A stretch of DNA of 64,000 nucleotides, from assembly GCF_009834535.1 (NCBI RefSeq), contig NC_045696.1, forward strand, positions 7,070,001 through 7,134,000, written 5' to 3'. The first letter of the stretch is position 1, and the number at the start of each line of letters is the position of its first letter. The notes below the pieces were generated by a model. It saw only the letters and a list, made by a program, of their open reading frames with translations. It did no database searches and was not told the origin of the DNA. This DNA comes from Camelus ferus. Its lineage: Eukaryota. Both the position numbers and the translations under genes were made by a program. Positions 1 to 12,362 of this stretch are shown here, one piece after another.

Positions 1-501
1 GTTTTATCCCATTGGAAAAAAATCAACATGTGACAAAACACTTGATGTACGGGACAACTGCTATTGACCAATGCGTCTAATTCTACAAGCAAGGTCAGCT
101 TTTATACTTGACCAAGGGAAGGAAGGGAACTAAGAGAATTGCCAGCGATGTCCTCAAGCAGAGCCCAACGTTAACACTTTCATAGGTGAACTTTCTTGTA
201 GATGCTGTCATACCTTTACTCTGGTCATTATCCCAGTGTGACAGGTGAGGAGTAAGGGTCATTAAGCAGCCTATCCAGGCCACACTGAGACCCCGGGCAG
301 CCCAGACTCAAACCTGGGCCTGTCTGCCTCCAGCTCCCAGGGGTCAGCGCCACTATATCATTGGGGATCCTATGATAAAAGGAAATGAGCACACCCAGAG
401 ATTCCACATTACTTTAGTAGAAGGAAATCATCATACAGCTTCTTGTCCTAAAATATATTTGCTCCATAGAGTCAAAATGAGAAATAAGAAAGTGTGTACA
501 T

Positions 502-1109
502 GCATCTTAGTGTTCATAGCAGCACTACTTACAATAGCCAGGACAGGGAAGTAACCTAAATGTCCATCGACAGATGACTGGATAAAGAAGATGTGGCAAA
601 TATATACAATAGAATACTACTCAGCCATTAAAAAGGAATCAAATAATGCCATTTGCAGCAACATGATTGGAACTGGAGACTGTCCTACTTAGTGAAGTAA
701 GCCAGCAAGAGAAAGAAGAATACTATATGGTATCACTTACATGCGGAATTTTTTAAATAACACAAGTGAATTTATTTACAAAACAAACAGACTCACAGAC
801 ATAGAAAACAAACTTATAGTTACCATTGGGAAAAGTGGATGGGGGGATAAATTAGGAGTTAGGGATTTGAAGATACTAACTACCAAATATAAAATAAAGA
901 AACACAGGTTTCTACTGTAGAGCACAGGGAACTATATTCAATATCTTGCAACAGCCCATAATGAAAAAGAATAAGAAAAGGAATCTATATATCTATTTAC
1001 ATGCATACACACATGTATAACTGAATCACTATGCTGTACACCAGGAACTAACACAACATTGTAAATCGACTATACTTCAATTTTTAAAAATGCAAACAAG
1101 GGGGAAAAA
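502..1109 (+). mobile_element. 5'-truncated LINE-1 3' end (ORF2 C-terminus plus 3' UTR), inserted in an older L1 remnant
   Basis: Typical L1 3' sequence (tgttcatagcagcacta...aaatgtccatcgacagatgactggataaagaagatgtgg...gcacagggaactatattcaatatctt) and an A-rich tail. It is flanked by a 16-bp TSD-like pair, aagaaagtgtgtacat (486-501) and aagaatgtgtgtatat (1110-1125). Confidence 0.88.
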
Positions 1110-1535
1110 AAGAATGTGTGTATATCTATGTTTGCTTATTATTACAAAAGGAAACACAGGAAGAGTAAGGCAGAAATTCATGAAAAGGGCCACATACAGG
1201 AGGTGGGCAGAAATGGGATAGAAAGAGTAGAGATGGGAATGAGACGTTTCTGAATATATCTTTTTATGCTGGCCTAATTTTTGGACTATTTAAACGGTTT
1301 ACAGTGTCTTTTTTTTTTTTTTAAGAAAAAAAAAGATGACAAAAGCAAATCCTGAAAGGAATTACAATTAGAAACAAATGAACCGAACTAGATATAAAAC
1401 AGATAACACGGCCACATAGAAAAAAGAATGAATTCAATAGCTTTTGAACTCACTACTTTGATGGTACTACCTCAGTGGAAATAGCCCAAGATTAAAAAGA
1501 ACTGCACTTTTTAATTTTACCTTATAGGTTTGTGG

Positions 1536-1940
1536 TTGACGGTGAAAAGGACCAAGCCCACCTGTACTATTAACAAAAGGTGGTTTATTCAGACCATAAG
1601 GGACAATCTGCTACTAACTCATTCCTTCCAGTAGAAACTCATAGAACTTTGAAGGGGCGGATTTTATAGAGTAAAAGGAGTGAAAATGAGTCCGTGATTG
1701 GTGCATGTTTTGTTATAGAGCTGTTGGAAGCAGGGACGCTTTCTGGTGGGTTTTCAAGCTCCCTGGGCAGTCTGTGATTGGTTAGCACTACCTACTGGTA
1801 CATACTGGGGGTTTCTTAGAAAGTCACCTGGGGTTTCTTCTTTCAACTGGAAGAATATCTGGTCTTCTGCTTTGAGGTCCGAGTCTTGTAAAAACAGTTC
1901 CTCAGCAGACTTCTTGGTGTAATAACGCCAAAACTGTTGG
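1536..1940 (-). mobile_element. possible ERV LTR remnant (approximate boundaries)
   Basis: Reverse-strand AATAAA (tttatt ~1584), a TATA-like ttttata and two reverse CCAAT boxes (gattgg) occur in LTR-like order. Family not recognised. Confidence 0.35.
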
Positions 1941-2439
1941 TAGGATAGAGTCAAAGATAAATATGGAGCTTGTTGGGAACTGGGAACCATTGGAGAAGAG
2001 AGATACAAATATAGAATGGGAGAGACTGAAGAAGCATAGAAGCATCCTGCAGGTTGTGGCCTGACTTGAGGGTCTCTCATGCTTTCTTTAAAAAAAAGCA
2101 TCAAGGTTGCTTAGTGTCTCCAAGCAAGGTTCTGAAGATGGTAGCCAGTAGTCCAGAGTTAGTGGAGAACAAGCATATTTGTGTGGAAGACAAGGTAAGA
2201 GTGGACAGGCTTAGGAGAGCTGCTGGGAAAAAATGGTAGGTAGGAGAGAGTGGAAACACGGGTAAGACAAACGGTGAGCAGGTACCAGTTGGCAGCCAAG
2301 TTACATCACCTAGTGGCGGCATCACTTTGGCCATGATGCTTCATCCACACTCCACGTTATTCTGTAAATTTAAGTATAAGGCATTTATAGGAGTTATGAA
2401 GATCGCAATCAACACATGGCCCCTTTTTCAAAAGTGGAA

Positions 2440-3070
2440 ATAATAGTGTGGCAGTTGAGGGCATAGGCTCTGGAGCCTGACTCCTTACATTAGCACCCTG
2501 GTTCCACTCCTCTGCTACTAGTCTGCTCGGGCTGCCATAACAAAATATCACAGATTGGGTGGCTTGTCCAACAGAAATTTATTTTCTCATTGTTCTGAAG
2601 GATAGAAGTCCAAAATCAAGGAGCCATCAGGGTGGGTTTCTGGTGGGGTCTCTCTTCTCGGCTTGTAGACGGCTACCTTCTGTGCCCTCATGGAACACGT
2701 ATGGACACGTGGAAAGAGTGAAAGCTCCCTGGTATTTCTTCCTCCCACAGGGACACCAGCCCTATTAGATTAGGTGACTTCATTTAACCTTAAGTCCCTC
2801 CCTATAGTTCCTATTTCCAAATCCAGTCACATTAGGGGATTAGACTTCAACATTGGAATTTTGGAGGCATACAATTCAGTACATAAAACTGTGTGACCCA
2901 GAAAAGGTACTTAACCTCTCTTTCCCTTAGTTTGCTTATATGTAATGTAGATATCGTAGCATCATCCAGCGAAGAGGGCTGTTGTAAGATGTTGTCAGTT
3001 GGTTGATGCATATAAAAGCATTCAGTGCCTGACATACAATAAACACCCAATAAATAATGTTTATTACTTA
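2440..3070 (+). mobile_element. MIR SINE split by a MaLR LTR insertion
   Basis: MIR-like halves (ggctctggagcctgact...; ctgtgtgacc...ttaacctctct...agtttgcttatatgtaatg...cagtgcctgacatacaataaacacccaataaat) lie on either side of the LTR at 2516-2889. Confidence 0.65.
2516..2889 (-). mobile_element. MLT1A-type MaLR solo LTR
   Basis: tagtctgctcgggctgccataacaaaatatcacagattgggtggctt...cttcaacattggaattttggaggcatacaattcagtacata matches the reverse MLT1A consensus as I recall it. Confidence 0.8.
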
Positions 3071-4449
3071 ATTCAATATTTGATTTACGAATTTATCAGC
3101 CACTCTGGTGAGAGTAGGACTAGGGGTACACATGTAGAAGGTCTTTTTTTAGACATTAAAAAAATGCACATTTCAATATTTTTGTGTGTAGCCAGAGGTG
3201 AACCTCAATGGCCCTCCAATATTTCGGTAACAGAAGAAGCATGCTGTTTATTGGAGGGGTTTTTAACCTGAGCACAAGGCAGGGCTTGTTATTTAAATGA
3301 TCAGCAGTTGGCCGAGCCTACTGAATTAAAATCATTATTACATTATGGAAGAGATTGCTCTATACTGCTTCTTTCTGACACTGGGCTTGATAAATCACCA
3401 ACATTGTTCTCCCACATGAAGACCTATAAACGTAAGTGCAGAATGCTTTATTACTGTGCTAATTCAGTGCAGTTTTTATTGAGAATGAGAACAAGGAGTA
3501 AAGGAAAACATTACATCATGTAGCCTGGCATTTGAAATAAAAAGGCAAAACGTCTGTAGTCAATTGTTTCTGAATATTGGCAACATAAATTAATTTTACA
3601 GTATTCCAATGTGGTGAGGGTGGTTTCTATCCATCTTATTTTATTGGAATTATATTCTCCAGTCAATTTTGATGCATTTTTTATCTCTGAGTGAATACTT
3701 CTGGCTTTATCCAGGGGGCTCTCTCTTGAGGATGGCTTTCATCACATTGGTATTCAGCACAAAACATCTCCCGTCATAATTTGTCACTGCGAATCTAAAA
3801 ATAGGGCTTTGCCTGTTAAATCTCCATCTCGCAGGGCCCGACCTGTGTTTGCTCAGTGCATGTGAGTCCCTCAGCTGGGCCTCAGTTTGGTTTCCTGCCT
3901 TCCAGGGATTTTAGTTCACCACCACCAGCAAACTCTCCCTCCCTCTCCACTCCTTACTTCTAACACAGTCTGACTCAAGGAATGGAAAGCCACCAAAAAG
4001 ATGGGCTGTTTCTGTTCACTCCCATGCAAGTTAAACTCTTGGAAGATTAACCAGAGTTCCAACCAGAGAGTGTTCTCAGTGGAGAAATTATGAAAGGCAA
4101 TCATTTTTTAAAGATACACACACAGATACCCCTTTGGGCTTTGGGGAAATAAACCAGGCAACGCTGCTACGGAAATTAAGGAGCCTCCTCAAGCACAAAG
4201 TCCAAGGTGCGCCTGGCCCTGCGAGCACTCCAGGAAGCCCTTCCTCCTCTAGTCACTTGCCCCAGCGCTGCCTTGCAATGGCACCTGCTCCACTCCACGT
4301 CTACCTGTTTCTTTTGAGATTGTGGGGCCAGATTCCCCAGAGGTATGATGTGAATGGTCTCTACACCTCAGTTCCCGCATCCGTAAAATAGGGAATAATA
4401 GCACGGGTGCGTGGGGCTATTATAAGGACTGAATGAAATAAAAAGGTAA

Positions 4450-4548
4450 GAATATGAAAACGAATATATGTGTGCATATGCATGACAGGGACATTATGCT
4501 GTACACCAGAGATTGACACATTGTAACTGACTGTACCTCAGAAAAAAA
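4450..4548 (+). mobile_element. very short L1 3' tail inserted in a MIR
   Basis: gaatatgaaaacgaatatatg...tgctgtacaccagagattgacacattgtaactgactgtacctcagaaaaaaa is the same tail sequence as the copy at 47282-47518. Confidence 0.75.
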
Positions 4549-5312
4549 GGAAGCAAGGTAAAAGGCGCAGGAAAGCCCCAGCTCAAAGTAACTACTTAGG
4601 AATAGTACATGATGACGATGACAATGATAATGAAGAATAAGGACAAAACGAGGACCATCACTCATAGCACAGGCCTTAGATGCCACGTTCCCCTCCCTGA
4701 TTTAGCCTTGCCCACCTCTACAGTGCCTCTCCGTTGTGAATTTCCCAGGGTGATCTGCACAGAAAGCAGTCAAGGAGGCGATGTAGGGTAGTATCCTACT
4801 TCCCAGAGACTCAATTTCTGACTCACTGTCAAGGAAATAAAAATGCATGAAAAACAAGTTCAAACGTGGGAGACACAATCATGCATTTCTGTTTAATTCC
4901 ATCCGCTAGAGCACAGATCCCAAGGGACCACGGACGGAGGTCAGGCCCCGGATGCACCAAGCCGCCCTCCCTTCCCCTTCCCCCCACCATACATTGTGAA
5001 GGCCCGAGGCACCCTGTCTGATATTGCTCATCGTGAGCCCTTGGTTACTAGGGAACACAGGCAAGGGTCCTCACTTCTGAAAGTCCCAGTCACAGTACCT
5101 GATTCTGAGCTGCTGCAGGAATGAAAAGATGGACTGTAAGTTCCCTGAGGCTAGGACACCGTACCAACGCATGGATCCCGTTTAATAAATATTACACAAG
5201 TAAATGGATGGTTAACACAGAACAAGAAGAGCCTTTGCACAAAAGATAAGCAGGCTAATACTCCAACAAAAAATGGAATTAGTGACCTCTCAAAATACCG
5301 TACTTGCAGTGT

Positions 5313-5430
5313 TGGAGGGCATAGCTCAGTGGTAGAGTGTGTGCGTAGTATGCATGAGGTCCTGGGTTCAATCCCCAGTACCTCCATTAAAAAATAAATC
5401 AAATAAGTAAATAAAACCTAATTACCTCCC
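5313..5430 (+). mobile_element. tRNA-derived SINE, camelid Vic-1 type
   Basis: ggagggcatagctcagtggtagagtg (A box)...gaggtcctgggttcaatccccagtacctcc (B box), then an A-rich spacer and the cctaattacctccc tail characteristic of camelid SINEs. Confidence 0.85.
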
Positions 5431-8184
5431 TACCTATATGTATAGCTATACCTCCCTATAATTAATTGATTATAGTACTTGGCAAGTACTAAATAATGTC
5501 TGCCACATATGTTACAGGCATAAGAAAACACTTCTCATTTGACTGTTCAATTTAAAAGCCAGAACATCACTGTTACAGCTACTTCTGCTTCCCTTCCCCA
5601 CCCCAACATAACTACTTACTTTTATCATTCCCTTGATCTCTTAAAAAAAAAATTTCTCTACGTGCCCCTAAATGATATATTATTTATGCTTACTTTTAGC
5701 TTTATAAAAAAGTATCATATTTTATATATTCTATATGACTTGCTTTTTCACTCAATATCATATTTTCTAATTTATTAATTTATACACTGATATTTATTGC
5801 CTATTGCCCATGGATTCATCCTGTTTTTCTTTTTCTAATTCTGCACCGACTTTCTGCTCTAATGTAAGCATTGAAACCTGTGCATTTTCCTTACTTTCCA
5901 TGTATTGACATTTTAAATTTCAGTATGATTCAGTAAGTACTATTGAACTTCCATTATAGTTTCTTCATTGAATTTGTTTAGAAGTGTGATTATATGTTAT
6001 GAAACACATAGTCATTTCTTTCCATTCATCTTTTCTTTTTGTTCTTGGTCCTGGGCATGCAAAGCTCAGGACTTGCATCAATTCATACACAGAATTAGGG
6101 GAGACTTCTCTCCAGGACTGTGCTTTCTGGGATTCCCCACCCTTTGCAGCTCCCAGGTCACCTAGACACCCTCTGCTCGGATCTCTCTCCAAAAGGATCT
6201 CTCCCCATACTGCTGTATAGTTTCACTGCCTCGGGTTCACTCTGGGAGAGTGAGAAAAGAGAAGAAAACACAGCCACAAACTCTGGTCCGCAGAGTCCCT
6301 CGTTCCCAGTCCTCTGGCCAGAAAGCCTTCCTCCCGGCTCCAGACAGGGAAGCCCTGAGCGCTGGGTGCAGAGGGACAGAACTTAACAGGGCCTCCCCAC
6401 CCCCTGCTCCCGCTCAGACATGCTGTCCTGGTCCTTTGCCAGAAAGACAGATTTTCCCTCTGAGGTTCTGTTGCCAGCACCTGCTGACCAGTTCTAACCT
6501 GGGACCACTCTCAGGTTAAGCCAGAGCATAAAAGAGGAGAAAAAAAAAACAAGAAATTTATCCCCAAACAAGTCATTCTTCAAGTTTTGGTACCCCAATC
6601 TTCCCGCTAATAACAACTGTCCAGAGACTGCAGGCGGTAGAAGTCCTGGTTGCAATCAGTGAGAGAGAAAAGCTATACTTACTTCATCTTACCCAGCAAA
6701 AGTAAGGGATGGGACTTCCCTTACTTTATATTGGACTTACTTTTGATTACAATAAGGGCTTTTGTAACTTTCCAGTATCTAGTTTGTATTTTAGCCGAGG
6801 GTCCTCCCTAGGTAGTTTGACATACCGCTGGAAGCAGAAATCTCCTACTTTCTTTTCCAGTGTCTCACAAGCCATCTTTTAATTCAATAATTCATTTCAG
6901 ACATTTCCAATCAATAATATTAAGTTGCCTCTCTATAGTTCCCTAAGTCCTCTCTCTTCACTTAAAAACAAGTATTTAGGGGGAAACTCCAATGTTGAAG
7001 CACTATGCTAAATGCTAGGAATATGGAGACAAACAAGAGAAACAAACCTCGAGGCATTCACAGTCCAACGAGGGAAACAGACACCATTAGCTGCAAAGGC
7101 GGTGCTAAGGCCAGTAATAGGGTGTAACTGAAGTGTCATGGTAGCCCTGGATTCACAGTTCCAACTAGAGACTGGTTGGTCACAGAGCGCTTTAGAAAGG
7201 AGATAATAAATTAGTTAGCTCTTGAAAGATGAGCAATATCCCACTGGGGAAAGGGCATACAAGATGAAGCAAATACCACAAATACAGGCACAAAAGCACA
7301 AATGCAAACAGCAGGACAGCCAGCGCGCCCAGAGGAAAACATGTGATCGGAACTTGGAGGACTTTGCAGGTTTTATTCTGCTCGACAAAAGAAGCGTCTT
7401 TTTTTCCCAGAGGTTGCTTTACTCACTGAGATACCTACCTCAGGATACCCTGTGATGATCTTTCTGATGTGAAAAGCAAACATAACTTGTATACACAGTG
7501 ATAGAATCTTCTTTCTGACAAGATCTCCTTTTTACCTTATATTTCTATATACACCTAGATAGGTAATATCTAAACCTTACGGGCATGGTAAACATACATT
7601 TGTCATTCCTGTTTTCCTTTATTAGAGTTGAATATTTTTACAGTTTTCATTTTTAATCTTTTTTATGAAGCAAATAAATTTCTGCATCCTCTGCTTGCAA
7701 AGCCTGAAACACAATCCATGAAAAATTGGTCTCAGAGTCACGGTCACACTTCACGGAGTTAAAGTGACATCACAAATCACCGGGGCTCCACTGTCCCCTG
7801 CTGATGTAATTTTGTCAGCCCCACCTTTCTTACGACATTAACCCAGTTGGTTTTATTTTGTCCCTTTTTCAACATCAGTAAAAATCACATTTTTTAAAAG
7901 AATGGACTGGAATCAACGTGAAAATGTAAGACGGAATCTTTCTGAAGAAAATGAATATTATCAACTTAAACTAGAAGTACTTTTTACTATTGTACTGATA
8001 GACAAATACATTAATCATCTTTTTAATCTCTTTTAAAATGAATTAGGACACCAAAAGATGAATAGAAATTGGAAGCACATCCATGAGCATTTGTTTAAAT
8101 CTTTCTTATTCATTTTTGGCTACATAAATCAATCCTATTACAATGGTACTCTGAAAAGGTATTTCACTATCCCTATGGAATTCA

Positions 8185-8535
8185 ATAGGCTCCCATAACA
8201 AAGTACCAACAGGCTTAAACAACAGGAATTTACTGTCTCGTAATTCTGGAGTTCAAGGTCAAGGTGTTGGCAGGGTTGGCTGCTCTCCCCTTGGTGTGTA
8301 AGTGGCCGTCTTCTCCCTGTGTCTTCACATGGCCTTTCCTCTGTGTGCACCTGTATAACTAATCTCCTTTTCTTATAATGGCACCAGTCATACTGGATTA
8401 GGACCCACTCTAAAGACCTCATTTTAACTTAATTACCTCTTTAGAGACCCTCTCTCCAAATGCAGTCACAGTCTGAGGTACCGGGGCTTAGAACAGCCTA
8501 TGAATTTGGGGGAGGGGGCACACACAATTCAGCCA
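8185..8535 (-). mobile_element. MLT1A/B-type MaLR solo LTR
   Basis: ggctcccataacaaagtaccaacaggcttaaacaacaggaatttactgtctc...gacctcattttaacttaattacctctttagagaccctctctccaaatgcagtcacagtctgaggtac. Confidence 0.8.
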
Positions 8536-9974
8536 CTGGTTGTTTTTGACAAATGACCCAAAGGAACAGGATATTCACACTGGGCAAGCTCCGTGAAGAG
8601 ACAAGCCTTGTAAACCGGGTTTTCTAGGGAACTACTAGACACTTCAATGATGATAATTCTGAGCAGGAGGCTTTGAGAGTTCCAGTCCTGTTCTGGCCCC
8701 TCCAGCTGTTGCTAGGCTGCTCCTCTGCACCACAACTGCAGGCTGTGGCTTTTCAAGGCTAACATAAAGCTGAGCAGGGGGAAGGTTAAAACTCCACAAA
8801 GCTCAGGGTTCTTCCTGAAATTCAGCCATTTGTCTTAAGCAGACACTCCCAGAGTTCATTTACTGAGCTCTGAAGGAGTCTGCTTCGTCCATCGCCACCG
8901 GTGTTCTCATTGCTTTCACGGAGGAGGCAGTTTCTGGAGGTCCTTTCTCCATCCCCGCCAGTCACATTCTCTTGGCGGCATCCTGTGTTGTTTCTTCACA
9001 CCTGTATCCCAAGTTTCTAATTCTCTCTCCGGCCAATTCCAACTGGATCTTAAACCTCCATGTAGATTTTAATTTCAATAACTGTATTTTTAATTTTTAG
9101 CTCCATTTGGTTAGTTGCACAGCCAGAAATGAAAATCTAGGTGGATTTTATTTTATTATTGCCTGTTTTCTAGTCACGTTACAATAAACACATACCTCCT
9201 TTTGGGGAAAACATAGCTATAAAGTTATTTTATCACCGTTTCCTTTTGACTTCCTGCTTGTGCCTCATTCTGAGGCCATGTATCCCTGCCATCAACTGTC
9301 TCCCCCCATCACTCCCAAATAGGTAAAGAGTTGGTAACTCAAAAGAGAAACATTTTTTGAGAAATAAAAGCAATATGCTGTTGCTCTTTGCTTCGCAATG
9401 CTCAGTAGGCCTGCAATACTTGTTTTTGGGGTATGGGGGCAGGGAGAATCAAATAATTGTGTCAGCCAGGGAAATCCTGAAGAAGGGTAGCGTTCCGCTT
9501 TGGGGGTTCAGAGGAAGTGCAGAGGGCTGGACGATGGCTGTGCTGGCTCAGGTTCTACCAGCTGGAGCTGGGTCAGTCACTACATCCCCGGCACCCCAGG
9601 TTCTTGTTCTAGCCACGAGAGCAAGCACAGTGCTGTGGGAACGCTTTGGAGACCTGAGCCCTTCTGTGTGAGACCCCTCCTCACCCCACCTGCATTCAGC
9701 ATGTAGATCTTATTGGCTGTCCAGACGGATAATATACTGACTGGCTGGCTGGCCTTTTCCTGGATGAATGAACGCAGGGTTGCAGTATGGCTATCGTGAG
9801 TTCTAGTTACTTTTACTTTTGTGGACCCTTTATTCCATTAAACAACTTAATTATGTTTTTATATAATTATATACTATGTATAAAGCATATACTATACTTT
9901 ATATAAAAATGAATATACTAGTATTTTCTTCTACCTAAAAGTTCTTTTTTTTCCTCCTGATTTTAAAGGAAAAT

Positions 9975-10052
9975 AATAATTTTCACAGGCCTCTAAAAGC
10001 ACTGTGGGCACTCAGCACTGGGTCCACTGAGCTAATGGAAAAATCAGCCCCG
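9975..10052 (-). mobile_element. MER91-like hAT-Tip100 terminal fragment
   Basis: ttttcacaggcctctaaaagcactgtgggcact...ctaatggaaaaatcagccc resembles the reverse MER91 end. Confidence 0.5.
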
Positions 10053-10867
10053 CAGGAACGGCTGGATGGATGTTTCCATTTCCTGAGAAGTTTCACAAGA
10101 GAAGTCTTCAACTCAGAAAAAAACGCACCAATGACATTCCCCATATTTTATACCAAGCCTGCTGCCTGGTTTTCTTTGCTAAGGAGATGGGTGGAATGTC
10201 CCTTGTTCTCCTTTTTCATGTTTAAAAGGAAGCTACTCCTGACTCCTGGGCTGCCAGTAGCTCATATGGCATTTCTGTGCATGTTAGAAAAAGGCTTCTT
10301 GTCTTTAAGCAGGAAGGCGGGGAGGGGAGCCGGGGGCACAGTGCAGGCAGGTGGGGTATGGTGTGAATTTAAAGGATTACATTATTGCTCAGTCTGAACA
10401 ACCATCTCCACTGGTCCTGGGGAAAGTACAAACTCAGGTGGGCATCCCTTCCAACCTCATTTGGGGACCACAGTCATGCCCTGTGTGTCATGGCATTGGG
10501 GGTTGGAGTTAACACTAATTCAGCTTAAAGACATATAGGTGTAGTTCATAAACCAAATTTCATTCTAAGTCTTTGGCTAGAGCATTCAAGTCCCAGTAGG
10601 ACTCAGGCACAGCCTTTAAAAGCAGTGTGAGATCAGAGTCATGACCTCAGAGGGATCCTGGAGTAAAAGTAGACAAGCAGAATCACGTGAGTGTGCACTG
10701 GTGTGCATGTGTGTGTGTGTGTGTGCATGACCCTGAGGGCAAGTGTTGCCTGCTGTGAGCCAAAACTCTCATGCTGCTCCCTGGGACTCTGCTGGGAAGC
10801 CTGGAATCCACCACAGGCATGACCCCCTGTGTCTACAATAAGAAAGGCACCGCCTTAGTTATGGCAC

Positions 10868-11365
10868 TATTACCGAGTCCAAGCTTGTACTGTGCACTGC
10901 ACAACAGGTCCATAAGTCAAGAGGTGAGTTGTTGGGGCAAGGAACAGAGACTTCATTCAGAAAGTCAGCAGATCGAGAAGATGATGGACTAGTGTCCCAA
11001 AGAACCATCTTCCCCAAGTAAGAATTCAGGCTTCTTCTATGCTAAAAAGGGAGGGGGTATGGTTGGTTGTTACAAACATCTTAGTGTCAGAATCCTTTGT
11101 TCTTGCAGCTGTCCATGTAGGTAGGTCATGACGTCCCTGTAAACCTCCAACAAGACAAATGTTATTCTCTGTTCTGCAACTTTTTAATCTCTATATAAAT
11201 GGAAAAGTGCTATACTTTTAAAGGTCAGAACCTCGAGAATGGGATATCCTGTGTATTTCAGACCATAGGCAACATTCTTATCTCGAAGCCAAAGCAACAG
11301 AATACAAAGGTTAAAGTAGAAGAAACAGATCCAATATGGAGGAGGAGCTGTTCCTCCCAGTTACA
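10868..11365 (-). mobile_element. ERV1-class solo LTR (MER41-like, ungulate type)
   Basis: The minus strand starts TGTAACTGGGAGGAACAGCTCCTCCTCCATATTGGATCTGTTTC. A 4-bp TSD, GCAC, sits at 10864-10867 and 11366-11369. Length is ~500 bp. Confidence 0.8.
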
Positions 11366-11456
11366 GCACCCTATGCGGGTCACAGTCTCAACAGCTGCAT
11401 GCAGCAGCCCCGCCTGGCTCACCAAGTCCCTTAGCGACGCAAAGCCCACGTGCACA

Positions 11457-11812
<356 letters not shown>

Positions 11813-12356
11813 TCCCCTGGCCGGGCAACCCCTCTCCTCTCCCCCGCATCCTTCCCTCGTCTCTCATTCTCTTTCTTTTCTGTCTCTCCTACTTTGTTCT
11901 TCCTTTGTATTTAAGTTTGGCATTACCAGAAAACAAATCTTCAAGGTGTAAAATATCTACCTGCCCTCTCTCAGTTATTCGGGTTGACAAGGCAGACGCG
12001 GATTGGGTTAGGTTGTCACGCGCCCTCATTTATGGCCCAGGTCTTCTCCCTAAATACGACACATCCAACTCCTGGAGATTTAAGTACTTACCTGCATGTG
12101 TCGCACAAAACCAGAGCACTCAAGCGAGCGCGGCAAAGATGTCACCTGGGACAGGATCAGGAGGGTCTCTGGTGCCTACTCACTCATGCAGGGAGACACG
12201 GGGTACAGCCCTCAGTTTTATACATCTCAATAAGTTTCATCTGCGGGGCGAGGTGCTTGCCCCATGCGGGCATCGCAGTCACAGGACCCAGGTGAGGCGG
12301 AGACAAAACCCTGTACATATATACGCCTTATGTAATTATTTTCCTTTGCAGTTAGT

Positions 12357-12362
12357 AATAAA
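12357..12362 (+). terminator. KCNJ6: proximal polyadenylation signal AATAAA
   Basis: AATAAA ~545 nt after the stop codon, with TGTA (CFIm-type) elements upstream at 12312 and 12331. Confidence 0.6.

Noticed and set aside
2303..2321. CTCF-like motif on the minus strand (GCCACTAGGTGATG)
   Set aside because: The conserved GGC end of the core is broken, so it is too weak to call.
5313..5390. tRNA(Ala)-like sequence as a real tRNA gene
   Set aside because: It is followed by the SINE-specific A-rich/cctaattacctccc tail and has imperfect stems, so it is a SINE head.
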